Origin: Alphaproteobacteria bacterium
GTDB taxonomy: Bacteria; Pseudomonadota; Alphaproteobacteria; MPNO01; UBA830
DNA length: 64,000 nt
Assembly (NCBI GenBank): GCA_965243135.1
Contig: OZ251539.1
Coordinates: 4,448,001 to 4,512,000 of the forward strand
Direction of reading: 5' to 3'
In this document: piece by piece, positions 29,960 to 38,811 of the stretch
How the letters are laid out: every line of letters starts with the position of its first letter
Numbering within the stretch: the first letter of the stretch is position 1
Notes under the pieces: model-generated
Seen by the model: the letters and a program-made list of their open reading frames with translations, nothing else
Told to the model about the DNA's origin: nothing
The model's database searches: none
Position numbers and translations under genes: made by a program

Positions 29960-30081
29960 GACGGGCGCAAGGTTGCGTCGCGGCCCAAATAACGGGAAGA
30001 TGGCTTGCGTGCCGATGCTGTCGATCCAGGCGCGGAAATCGAAGGCAGCCTCGCAGTCGCCGACCGCCGAAAGAGAGCAGC

Positions 30082-30891
30082 ATGAACGACGTTTACGCCG
30101 GATACGACCGGCTCAAATTCGATACCCCCTCCGAACGAGTGCTCCGGATCACCATGGACGCGCCGGGGCGCCTCAACGCCGCCGACGACAAGATGCACGA
30201 CGAGCTCGGGCGCGTCTGGAAGGATGTCGAAGCCGATCCGGCGACGTCGGCGGCGATCCTCCGCGGCGCCGGCGACGCGTTCTCGGCCGGCGGCGATTTC
30301 GAGATGATCGAAGGCATCATCGACGACTTCGAAACGCGCGCGAGAACATGGAAGGAAGCGCGCGATCTCGTCTACAACGTGATCAACTGCTCCAAGCCCA
30401 TCGTCAGCGCCATGCAGGGACCGGCCGTAGGCGCCGGCCTGGTCGCAGGGCTGCTCGCCGACATCTCCATCGCCGCCAGAACCGCCCGCATCATCGACGG
30501 ACACACGCGGCTCGGCGTCGCGGCGGGCGATCACGCGGCCATCGTCTGGCCTCTTCTCTGCGGCATGGCGAAGGCGAAGTACTTTCTGCTGCTTTGCGAA
30601 CCGATATCGGGCGAAGAAGCGGAACGCATCGGACTCGTCTCCATGTGCGTCGAAGACGACGAGTTGCAGGACGCCGCCGTGAAGGTCGCCGAAAAGCTGG
30701 CCCGCGGCGCCCCGTCGGCGATCCGCTTCACCAAATACGCGCTCAACAACTGGCTGCGCATGATGGGACCGACTTTCGACGCCTCGCTCGCGCTCGAATT
30801 CCTCGGCTTCACGGGGCCCGAAGCGCGGGAGGGACTGGCGAGCCTGAAGGAGAAGCGCCGTCCGGAATTCGATCCGAATTCCGTTCTCTGA
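30082..30891 (+). CDS. Enoyl-CoA hydratase/isomerase family protein
   Basis: [35 protein letters not shown]. Confidence 0.93.
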   Translation: MNDVYAGYDRLKFDTPSERVLRITMDAPGRLNAADDKMHDELGRVWKDVEADPATSAAILRGAGDAFSAGGDFEMIEGIIDDFETRARTWKEARDLVYNVINCSKPIVSAMQGPAVGAGLVAGLLADISIAARTARIIDGHTRLGVAAGDHAAIVWPLLCGMAKAKYFLLLCEPISGEEAERIGLVSMCVEDDELQDAAVKVAEKLARGAPSAIRFTKYALNNWLRMMGPTFDASLALEFLGFTGPEAREGLASLKEKRRPEFDPNSVL

Positions 30892-30904
30892 CGGAGACGA
30901 TGCA

Positions 30905-31771
30905 ATGCCGATCTATCGCGACTTCGACCAGGAAACGCTGAACCGGGAATACAGCGCGCGCGACACCGTGCCCGACATCGAACCGTACATTTCGGAATAC
31001 GGGCGGCTCAGCGCCGAGGCGCGGGAGACCCTCGACTGCCGCCTCGACGTGGCCTACGGCCAACATCCGGACGAGGTGGTGGACGTGTTCCCTTCGTCCG
31101 GCGGCGCGCCGATCTTCGTTTACATTCACGGCGGTTACTGGCGCATGCTGAGTTACAAGGAATCCTCCTTCATGGCGCCCTGCTTCGCGGCGGCAGGCGC
31201 CGCGACGGTGGCGGTCAACTACTCCCTCGCGCCCGCCGCGCCGCTCGACCGGATCGTGGGCCAGTGCCGCGCGGCGGTCGCCTGGACGTGGCGCAACGCG
31301 CGGGAGTTCGGGGGCGACCCCGACCGCATATTCGTCTGCGGATCGTCCGCGGGAGGGCACCTCGTCGGCATGATGGTCGCAGGCGGCTGGCGCAGCGAAG
31401 CCGGCCTCCCGGAAGACGCGATAAAGGGCGCGGTTCCGCTGAACGGGCTCCACGACCTGGAACCGGTCAGGCTTTCCAACGTCAACGATTGGGCCGGGCT
31501 CGACGAAGACGCGGCGCGGCGAAACAGCCCGATCCATCATCTGCCCGACAACGGCTGTCCGCTGATCGTCTCCTGGGGCGGCTCCGAGACCTCCGAATTC
31601 AAGCGCCAGAGTCGGCTGTACGCCGAAGCCTGTAAAGCGAAGGGATGGCAGGTCGACGCCTTCGAGCACGAGAAACGCAACCATTTCGATATCGTGTTCG
31701 ATCTGTGCGACGGCGGAAGCCTGCTCGGCCGGAAGGTTTTCGAGATGATGGGGCTTCCCGCGGAGAGCTGA
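30905..31771 (+). CDS. Alpha/beta hydrolase (arylformamidase-like)
   Basis: HGGYW, GSSAG nucleophile elbow, NHF. Confidence 0.88.
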   Translation: MPIYRDFDQETLNREYSARDTVPDIEPYISEYGRLSAEARETLDCRLDVAYGQHPDEVVDVFPSSGGAPIFVYIHGGYWRMLSYKESSFMAPCFAAAGAATVAVNYSLAPAAPLDRIVGQCRAAVAWTWRNAREFGGDPDRIFVCGSSAGGHLVGMMVAGGWRSEAGLPEDAIKGAVPLNGLHDLEPVRLSNVNDWAGLDEDAARRNSPIHHLPDNGCPLIVSWGGSETSEFKRQSRLYAEACKAKGWQVDAFEHEKRNHFDIVFDLCDGGSLLGRKVFEMMGLPAES

Positions 31772-31775
31772 GACG

Positions 31776-32810
31776 ATGGGACCGATACGCACCACGATCG
31801 CCGGCAGCCTTCCCAAACCCGAATGGCTCGCGGCGCCGATGAAACTCCGCGCGCCGTGGAGGCTGGAGGGCGACGCTCTCGCCGAAGGATGCGACGACGC
31901 GGTCAGCCTGTGGCTCGCCGCGCAGGAAGAGGCGGGCCTCGACATCGTCACCGACGGCGAGCAGCGGCGGCGTCATTACATCTGGGGATTCGTCGAGCAT
32001 CTCGGTCGGATCGATTTCGACTCTCCCGGATTCAAGAAGAGCCGCGGACAGCGTTACATGTCCGAAACTCCGGCGCCGCGAACGCTCGAAGACTGGAGTT
32101 GGCCCGGCCCCGTGCTGCTGGACGCCCTGCGCTTCGCGCGTTCGCGCACCGGCAAGCCGATCAAGGTGACCCTGCCCGGCCCGATGACGGTTGCCGACAG
32201 CGTGTTCGACGAGGCCGGCCAACGGGAGGACGCGGAATTCGCGGCCCACTACGCGGCCATTCTCAACAAGGAAGCGCGCGCGCTGTCGGAAGCCGGAGCC
32301 GACGTGATCCAGATCGACGAGCCCTGCTTCAACATCTACACGGATGCGGTAAGGGATTGGGGCCTCGAATTGCTCGAACGCGCGTTCGAAGGGGTGACCG
32401 CGACGCGCGCGGTGCACATCTGCTACGGATACGGCACGGAAGTCGTCCTGAAGTGGAAAAACTCCAACCGGGACTGGTCCCACTACGACGCCACGCTGCC
32501 GCTGCTCGCGAACAGTTCGGTCGATCAGATTTCCGTGGAGTGCGCCGCCTCGGGAGTCGATCTCCGGACGCTCGAATGCCTCCAAGGCAAGGACGTCATG
32601 GTCGGCGTGATCGACGTCGGCACCGAAGAAGTGGAGAGCGGGGCGCTGGTGGCGGAACGCATCCGGAAGGCGTTGGACCACGTGCCCGCGGAACATCTCA
32701 TCGCCTGCACCGATTGCGGCATGGTGCCGCGCAGTCGCCGCGCGGCCGCTGGCAAGATCGCCGCCCTGGTTGCGGGCGCGGCGCTGGTAAATCGGGAGCA
32801 GGGCGCCTGA
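31776..32810 (+). CDS. Core (cobalamin- and folate-independent-type, MesD-like) methionine synthase family protein
   Basis: AGSLPKPEWL, TDGEQRR, LPGPMT, QIDEP, zinc ligands HICYGYG and TDCG. Confidence 0.85.
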   Translation: MGPIRTTIAGSLPKPEWLAAPMKLRAPWRLEGDALAEGCDDAVSLWLAAQEEAGLDIVTDGEQRRRHYIWGFVEHLGRIDFDSPGFKKSRGQRYMSETPAPRTLEDWSWPGPVLLDALRFARSRTGKPIKVTLPGPMTVADSVFDEAGQREDAEFAAHYAAILNKEARALSEAGADVIQIDEPCFNIYTDAVRDWGLELLERAFEGVTATRAVHICYGYGTEVVLKWKNSNRDWSHYDATLPLLANSSVDQISVECAASGVDLRTLECLQGKDVMVGVIDVGTEEVESGALVAERIRKALDHVPAEHLIACTDCGMVPRSRRAAAGKIAALVAGAALVNREQGA

Positions 32811-32891
32811 AAATCGCCCTTGAGGCCGCTCCAAGAAGGCCGCGCGCCGGTTTCGCTTTTCGAACTCGATAGAGCGCAGTCGCGCCATCCA

Positions 32892-32940
32892 TCAGGTTCG
32901 CAACCTGAAGGCCGCAGGTTCGAATCCCGCTCCCGCAACC
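32892..32940 (+). pseudogene. Degenerate 3' part of tRNA-fMet (att-site-like relic)
   Basis: TCAGG-TTCGCAA-CCTGA-AGGCCGCAGGTTCGAATCCCGCTCCCGCAACC matches the initiator tRNA anticodon arm to 3' end. Anticodon mutated; no 5' acceptor strand or D arm. Confidence 0.7.
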
Positions 32941-32950
32941 GTATTGCTAG

Positions 32951-33323
32951 TTAACCCATCTTCAGCACTTTCCGGTTGAATTAGAGCCTTTTCGGCCAAT
33001 TTGTCTGCCATAACCTAATGATATTATTGAATGTCGAGCCTGAAACCTTCTTTGTAGTGCCATAATTTCAGAGATTTCGACATTTTTTCTTGAACGAGTC
33101 GCGTGGCGCACTACAATCCTGGCATGGGGCCAAATCGTGATCCGCCAAGATGCCCGTCTGGATGCTCACGCCTGCGCTATCGTGCATGCCTTGGGCGTTC
33201 GGACCAGCCCGCACAGGCAGCGCAACAAAATGTAGTGCCATACAGCACCGATGAAAAATTTTGTTGATTTATTTTCAATGTGTTACGGGATGGCGTCAGT
33301 GAAAAGTGCTGAAGATGGGTTAA
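32951..33323. mobile_element. Non-autonomous MITE-like element with perfect terminal inverted repeats
   Basis: TTAACCCATCTTCAGCACTTT (32951-32971) and its exact reverse complement (33303-33323). AT-rich, no convincing ORF, internal TGTAGTGCCATA repeats. Confidence 0.75.
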
Positions 33324-33778
33324 AACATTGACGCTTTCGGGAGATTCCGATTCCCGCTCCGTGGCCATCCGCGTGAAGCCGCAAGCATGCCGTATCGAGC
33401 CAATTCCGGCGTGTCCCGGCTCGCTTCCGACAGCGGCGCAAACTCCGCGCCAAGGCCCCGCAGCTGCGGCCCCTTCCCCGCGTCCTCGCCAGCCAGTCGG
33501 CCGGGCGACGAACATTCGGCGCCCGGCCAATCCGGATCGTCGACTTCGCCACATCGCCGCCGGCCGCAAGGGATCGACGGGAAGCATTCGCGGTTGACGG
33601 ACCAGACCAGCGCGACCCCGCGCCCGAAGCGCGCGGAACCCGGCCGTGCCGCCATCGTCCACTCGCATCGAGACAGCAGACCGTCCCGGCGCTTCGTTCA
33701 GCCGGCCGATCTCGCCGACGATACGCGTCGCCATCAAATCGCACGAGCGGGGGCTCTCCGTACCGAAGCCGGGAAAGG

Positions 33779-34213
33779 TTACGCCTCGTGGAGCGTCAGG
33801 CGTATCCTGATGCGATAATAACGCTCGGGGCTCACGTCGACGACCTCGGCCGTCACCGACCTGCCCGCATCCATCAACCGAGCGAACGGTTCGTTGTCCG
33901 CGCGCGGAACGTAGCCAAGCTTCGGTCCCGCGGCCGTGAACACCTCGATCGCCAGGTCGTCGTATGCGTTATCCGGCTCCCGGCGCAGGACCAGAGCGTC
34001 GCCCGGGCGCAAATCGCCGCAGACGCGGCAAGCCTCGTAATAGGCCGTGCCGGCCACATAGGTTTCCAGCAGAACCAGGGACCGTCCCTGCTTCGTCGGC
34101 GTCGGCTCCCGCGCCCGGACGCTCGTCGCCGCCAAGGCTCCGGACAGCGCCGCAAGCAGCGTCCGGCGGGTGAGCGCGAGCGGCGATCGGACCGCCATCC
34201 TTCCATCCTCCAT
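33779..34213 (-). CDS. Stand-alone HIRAN domain protein with a Tat-like N-terminus
   Basis: VAGTAYY, L.REPDNAYD..AI, KLGYVPR; N-terminal TRRTLLAALSGALAATSVRA. Confidence 0.85.
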   Translation of the reverse strand: MEDGRMAVRSPLALTRRTLLAALSGALAATSVRAREPTPTKQGRSLVLLETYVAGTAYYEACRVCGDLRPGDALVLRREPDNAYDDLAIEVFTAAGPKLGYVPRADNEPFARLMDAGRSVTAEVVDVSPERYYRIRIRLTLHEA

Positions 34214-34674
34214 GCCATCGCCGCCGGAAACGTCGCATTCCCCGCAGCCTCCCGGTTATCGTTTTTTCCAGGATAATCGTCAAGGCTCGATTCAGGGCGA
34301 ATCCGGGAACGGGCCGGTTGAGGGAGGCGTTCATTGCCGGGTGCCGCCCGCGAGGAGAAGGAGGCGGTGCAGGAAGCGAAGCCACCGACCGACCGCACGC
34401 AGCTGCCAAGTTTCCGCTTTCCAACCCGGCAACGCCGCTCATTCCCTGTTCGGGGCTACGGCGGCATGCCGCATCGCCGACCATGCCTCGGAACTCAAGG
34501 TAGACGATTTCGCCCGGCCGAACCTTTCGTCGGGCACGGCTCGGCTCCCTGCCGGCGTGCTCTGTAACGTCGCCAGCATCCAGGACGAGCGGTCATTCTT
34601 CCTTCGGGGAAGAATTGTTGATGCGGCCTCCAAGAGTCACTGTCCGCCAGTCTCCGCCCGCACTTCGTTGATTC

Positions 34675-34960
34675 TCATCCATCAACGCCACGCGTTCCGA
34701 TGCGCTCGCGGAAGTTTTCCGGAATCTCGTCCCAGACGAACAGGTCCACCCGGAAAGGCAGATCGCTTTCCTCGAACGCCTCCCGCAGGTCGCCGACCCG
34801 GCGGCATTGCTTGGGCGTGTACAACCAGACCCAGGTCGGACGTCGGGCGCGACTTCCGCTTGACGCGAGAACCGCAGGCTCAGGCCCTCGTTCCCGGCCG
34901 GCGCCGTTCGAGCAACGACAGGATCGTCTCGCGCTGCTCGGCCTTGACGTCGGGCGTCAT
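34675..34960 (-). pseudogene. MNT nucleotidyltransferase antitoxin pseudogene, followed by a short HsdS-like N-terminal scrap
   Basis: RA*ACGSRV...SDL with an internal TGA, frameshift, then LREAFEESDLPFRVDL; downstream DWRTVTLG. Confidence 0.7.
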
Positions 34961-35376
34961 TCCCATGCCTCGCCGCTCATGGTTTGGTAAAGGCCTATGG
35001 CGTCTTCGATGAAGTCGGCCATGACATTGAGGCAAGCCTCGGCCTTCTCGCCATTGCAGTCATGCGAAACGGCGTTGCGCCTGTCGGCGTACAACAGCCA
35101 TCGCTCCACCGGCGCGCGCAACAGATGGTTCTGGTGCGCTATTCTCAAGACCGGCTTCGGACTGTTGGGCGGGTCCACGACGCCAAGGACCTCGAGGAGA
35201 TATCTCCTCAGCACCTTCCACAGGCAGTCGTAGCAGGTCTTGAAGCGCCGGATCGCCGATTCGGCAATGGCCTCCCGCGTTAGAACGGGAAGATCGGGGT
35301 GGGGTTTCCGGTAATTCTCGTGCTGTTCCTGGAGCCGTCCGAGCGACGTCCGGAACTTGTCGTAGTCGATCCGCAT
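34957..35376 (-). CDS. HI0074-type HEPN (nucleotidyltransferase substrate-binding) protein
   Basis: IRRF..CYD..WK.L..YL, SPK..LR.A, RNAVSH; RBS GAGGAGG. Confidence 0.85.
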   Translation of the reverse strand: MRIDYDKFRTSLGRLQEQHENYRKPHPDLPVLTREAIAESAIRRFKTCYDCLWKVLRRYLLEVLGVVDPPNSPKPVLRIAHQNHLLRAPVERWLLYADRRNAVSHDCNGEKAEACLNVMADFIEDAIGLYQTMSGEAWE

Positions 35377-35389
35377 CCGGACCTCCTCG

Positions 35390-35616
35390 TCAATTGAGCG
35401 CTCGGCGGAAGGCCAGAGCCTTGGCGGTCTCGGCGCTCATCCATGGGTTGAAGGCGCCAAGCGCCGAACCGAGTCGTCGCGAAACAGCGTTCTGGCCCCG
35501 CCGCTCCGTTTCGCCGTGGCGTCTTCGGATGGAAGGGGAGTCCAGCCGACCTCCGCCGCGCGTGCCGCCACGGGGCACTGGACCGAGGCGGCTTCGCTGA
35601 CGCGGGGCATGCTCAC
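35390..35616 (-). pseudogene. 5' fragment of type I restriction HsdR
   Basis: VSEAASVQCPV...AAEVGWTP...KRSG...LFRD, frameshift, AFNPWMS. Confidence 0.55.
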
Positions 35617-35785
35617 CGCTCCGCCTCGCCGGACGGCGCGGCGTTGGCGTTTCTGGCCGCTGGCACCCCGCTCCGCGTCTTACCGTTCAGCGTTATTTTC
35701 ATCATTTGACACCGCCTCGTCAACGCTTGATATATGGAACGTCGGGTGCCCTTGATGGGCTCGATATGGTTCGCCCAGCCTGACA

Positions 35786-36350
35786 TCACTCGCCCTCCAC
35801 CAGGAGGGTTTTCCGTTTGTATGCGTTCCATGCGTCCCGTGCCGCTCCGACCAGCGGAGAAGGGTCCGGCCACACCTTCAACCCGTTGAGAGTTTCGCCA
35901 TCGATAGAAGTTCGGCAGCGCTTTCTCGAAATACGGGTAGCCGAAATCTTCGAGCTTGAAAGCGCGATAGACGTTGTAGGCCAGCAAATCGGCAAGCTGG
36001 ACGCCGTTCGACAATTCGCTACGGGTAAAGAACGGATATTCGACGATCGCCGGAAAGGTCATATTCCGGTTGCCCGTCCGCTGAAACGAGGCGTGCTTCA
36101 TCGCGACGACACGGTTGAGTTGCCTGCTCGTATCGTCCATCAGCGCACGATGCTTCGGGTGATATTCCCTCATGTAGTGCTGTATCCTTTCCAACAGAAA
36201 TTCGTATGCCTTCATGTAAAGAGTTTCGTGGGTAACGCGGAGAAACCGCTTGTCGATCACGTCGCACATGATGACCGTGTTACGCTCGGTAATCTGACGG
36301 AAATAAGCGTCGGCGAGATCACCTCTCTCGCGAAACTGCCCAAACTACGG
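35786..36350 (-). pseudogene. DUF3800 domain protein, truncated and frameshifted
   Basis: AYEFLLERI, IVEYPFF..S.LS.GVQLADLLAY; C-terminus LKVWP lies in another frame; no clear N-terminus. Confidence 0.7.
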
Positions 36351-36990
36351 CCGATTTCCGCAAACTCCGCCTGCGAACCCCATGCCCGCCTCGCCGACAA
36401 AGCCCACATGGTAGAACCGCGCTCCGAACCGTCAGAATGGTGCGAGAGGCATGACTCGCACAGCGGACAAGGCGGGAAGCGTTTGGTCCGCGCGCCGATG
36501 CCGTGTAGACAGGTGGAGGGAAGCGCAAGCTCAGCGCAGGTCATGAGGACTGACTGAAGATGACGCCATCGAGTAACTGTTTCGCAATGACCGCAACCGA
36601 GCCGGCCGATTCCTCACGAGATCGAAGGCGAACGGGGCGGCCCGCCACCAAGAAGACCGTCGCTCGGCCATGGAACCGCCTGCGTAGCCCTCTTCGCCGG
36701 CCAAGGCCCTACGGCCGTTCCGGTTTAAACACGGCACGATCCGTTCGGGCCGTCCGGTTCCACGCCAGACGGCGCTTCAGGCTGGCTGACATGGTTCGCG
36801 CTCCCGATGATCGACGTTCTCCCTTGGTGGAGCGGGCGGACGAGGCGGGCCTGCACTTCGACGCGGTCGTGGACCGCGAGGAAGAGTTCTCGGTTACGAC
36901 AATGCCTGAAACCGCGTTCCGCCGGGAATGCGATCTCCGGGCGCCATGCCGGGCGGAGGGCGTCATCGGCGAATCGGAGGCGCTGGCTGC

Positions 36991-38811
36991 ATGACCCCTG
37001 CCGACCTCGCAATCCTCATCCAGCAGGGCGAGGGCACCACGCTGGAGTTCAAGGAGAGCCTGTCCTCGTCGTTCGCGCGGGAGCTCGTCGCCCTGGCCAA
37101 TACCATCGGCGGGAAGATCCTCCTCGGCGTGCGCGACGGCGGCAGCGTGGTCGGGATCAAAGACACCAACGGCCTGCGCGCCCACGTTCAGAACGTTGCC
37201 CGCAATTGCGATCCGGCGGTGAAGGTGCTGGTCGAGCCGGTGGACGGGGTGCTCGCGGTCCATGTCCGGGAAAGCAACGCCAAGCCGGTGCAGTGCAGCG
37301 AGGGCTTCTTCTGGCGTCAGGGCGCGGTGACCCAGAAGATGAACCGTGACGAGATCCACGACTTTTTCCGCGCCGAGGGCGCGATCCGGTTCGACCTCTC
37401 GCCCTGCTCCCGCTTCAGCTACCCGGAGGATTTCGACCGCGAGAAGTTCGACGGCTGGCTCGCCCTGTCCGGCATCACCGGAAATCCGCCGGTCGAGGAC
37501 GTGCTGGTCAACATCGAGGTCGCCGAGCGGGCCGGCGACAAGTTGCTCTTCCGCAACGCGGGAGTACTCTTCTTCGCCAAGAACGCGCGTCGTTTCTTCC
37601 CGGAGGCGTACATCACCTGCCTGTTGGCAAGGGGTACGGACAAGGTGCATATCCTGGACCGCAAGGATTTCGACGGCGGCATCGTGGCCGACGTCGAGGA
37701 CGCCATGCGCTTCATCGAGCGCAACACCCGCACCGCCTACCGCATCGAGGGCTTGAGGCGGCAGAACATCCCGGAGTACCCGATGGAGGCCGTGCGCGAA
37801 GCGATCACCAACGCGGTCATGCACCGGGACTGGTTCTTCGACGGCGCCAACGTTTTCGTCGAGGTCTACACGGACCGGATCGAGGTTATCAGCCCCGGCA
37901 GCCTGCCCAAGGGCCTGACCCTGTCCGATCTCGGGCACATGAGCATCCGCCGGAACCCGCTCGTCGCCGACCTGCTCCACCGCATCGACTTCATCGAGAA
38001 GGCGGGCACGGGGATCCGCCGCATCCGGGACGGCGCGAAAGCCGTGGATTGCCCGGAGCCGGAGTTCGAAGCCAACAATTTCGTCACTGTCACTTTTCGT
38101 CCGAACCCGGAAGTGCGGGAGGTGTCGGGGGGTGATCGGGTCGCCGATCAAGTCACCGGGGAAGTCACCGGGGAAGTCACCGGGGAAGTCACCGGGGAAG
38201 TTCGACTGCTACAGGCGATGTCGGGCGAAATGACCAGGCAAGACCTCCAAGAAGCCGTTGGCCTGAAACACGAGGACCATTTCCGCAAAGTCTATCTGAC
38301 ACCAGCTCTTGAGGCCGGCCTGATCGAAACGACCATCCCGGACAAGCCGCGCAGCAGCAAACAGCGATACCGCCTGACGCCCGAGGGAAGCGAGTACCTG
38401 AAACGAAACCCGGAAGTGCGGGAGGTGTCGGGGGGTGATCGGGTCGCCGATCAAGTTACCGATCAAATCACCGGGGAAGTCGCCGGGGAAGTCGCCGGGG
38501 AAGTCGCCGGGGAAGTCGCCGGGGAAGTCGCCGGGGAAGTCGCCGGGGAAGTCGCCGGGGAAGTCGCCGGGGAAGTCGCCGGGGAGGTTCGACTGCTACA
38601 GGCGATGTCGGGCGAAATGACCAGGCAAGACATCCAAGAAACCGTTGGCCTGAAACACGAGGACCATTTCCGCAAAGTCTATCTGACGCCAGCTCTTGAG
38701 GCCGGCCTGATCGAAATGACCATCCCGGACAAGCCGCGCAGCAGCAAACAGCGATACCGCCTGACGCCCGCGGGAAGCGAGTGCCTGAAACGAATCGGAG
38801 AAGCCCGGTAA
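36991..38811 (+). CDS. Schlafen/AlbA_2 + HATPase_c_4 'ATP-binding protein' with a duplicated C-terminal wHTH
   Basis: GEGTTLEFKES, ALANTIGG, EYP.EAVREAITNAVMHRD, ISPG, RNP, EKAGTG; two copies of PDKPRSSKQRYRLT. Confidence 0.9.
   Translation: MTPADLAILIQQGEGTTLEFKESLSSSFARELVALANTIGGKILLGVRDGGSVVGIKDTNGLRAHVQNVARNCDPAVKVLVEPVDGVLAVHVRESNAKPVQCSEGFFWRQGAVTQKMNRDEIHDFFRAEGAIRFDLSPCSRFSYPEDFDREKFDGWLALSGITGNPPVEDVLVNIEVAERAGDKLLFRNAGVLFFAKNARRFFPEAYITCLLARGTDKVHILDRKDFDGGIVADVEDAMRFIERNTRTAYRIEGLRRQNIPEYPMEAVREAITNAVMHRDWFFDGANVFVEVYTDRIEVISPGSLPKGLTLSDLGHMSIRRNPLVADLLHRIDFIEKAGTGIRRIRDGAKAVDCPEPEFEANNFVTVTFRPNPEVREVSGGDRVADQVTGEVTGEVTGEVTGEVRLLQAMSGEMTRQDLQEAVGLKHEDHFRKVYLTPALEAGLIETTIPDKPRSSKQRYRLTPEGSEYLKRNPEVREVSGGDRVADQVTDQITGEVAGEVAGEVAGEVAGEVAGEVAGEVAGEVAGEVAGEVRLLQAMSGEMTRQDIQETVGLKHEDHFRKVYLTPALEAGLIEMTIPDKPRSSKQRYRLTPAGSECLKRIGEAR
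38104..38790 (+). repeat. Tandem duplication of a ~300-bp unit, each copy holding a 12-bp VNTR (RCCGGGGAAGTC x4 and x10)
   Basis: Units start at ~38104 and ~38407; the 10-copy tract spans 38470-38589 and encodes (A/T)GEV. Confidence 0.95.

Noticed and set aside
32860-32940. Intact tRNA gene
   Set aside because: No 5' acceptor strand or D arm, and a mismatched T stem; kept only as a relic.
38470-38589. CRISPR array
   Set aside because: 12-bp units without spacers, in frame within a CDS; it is a coding VNTR.
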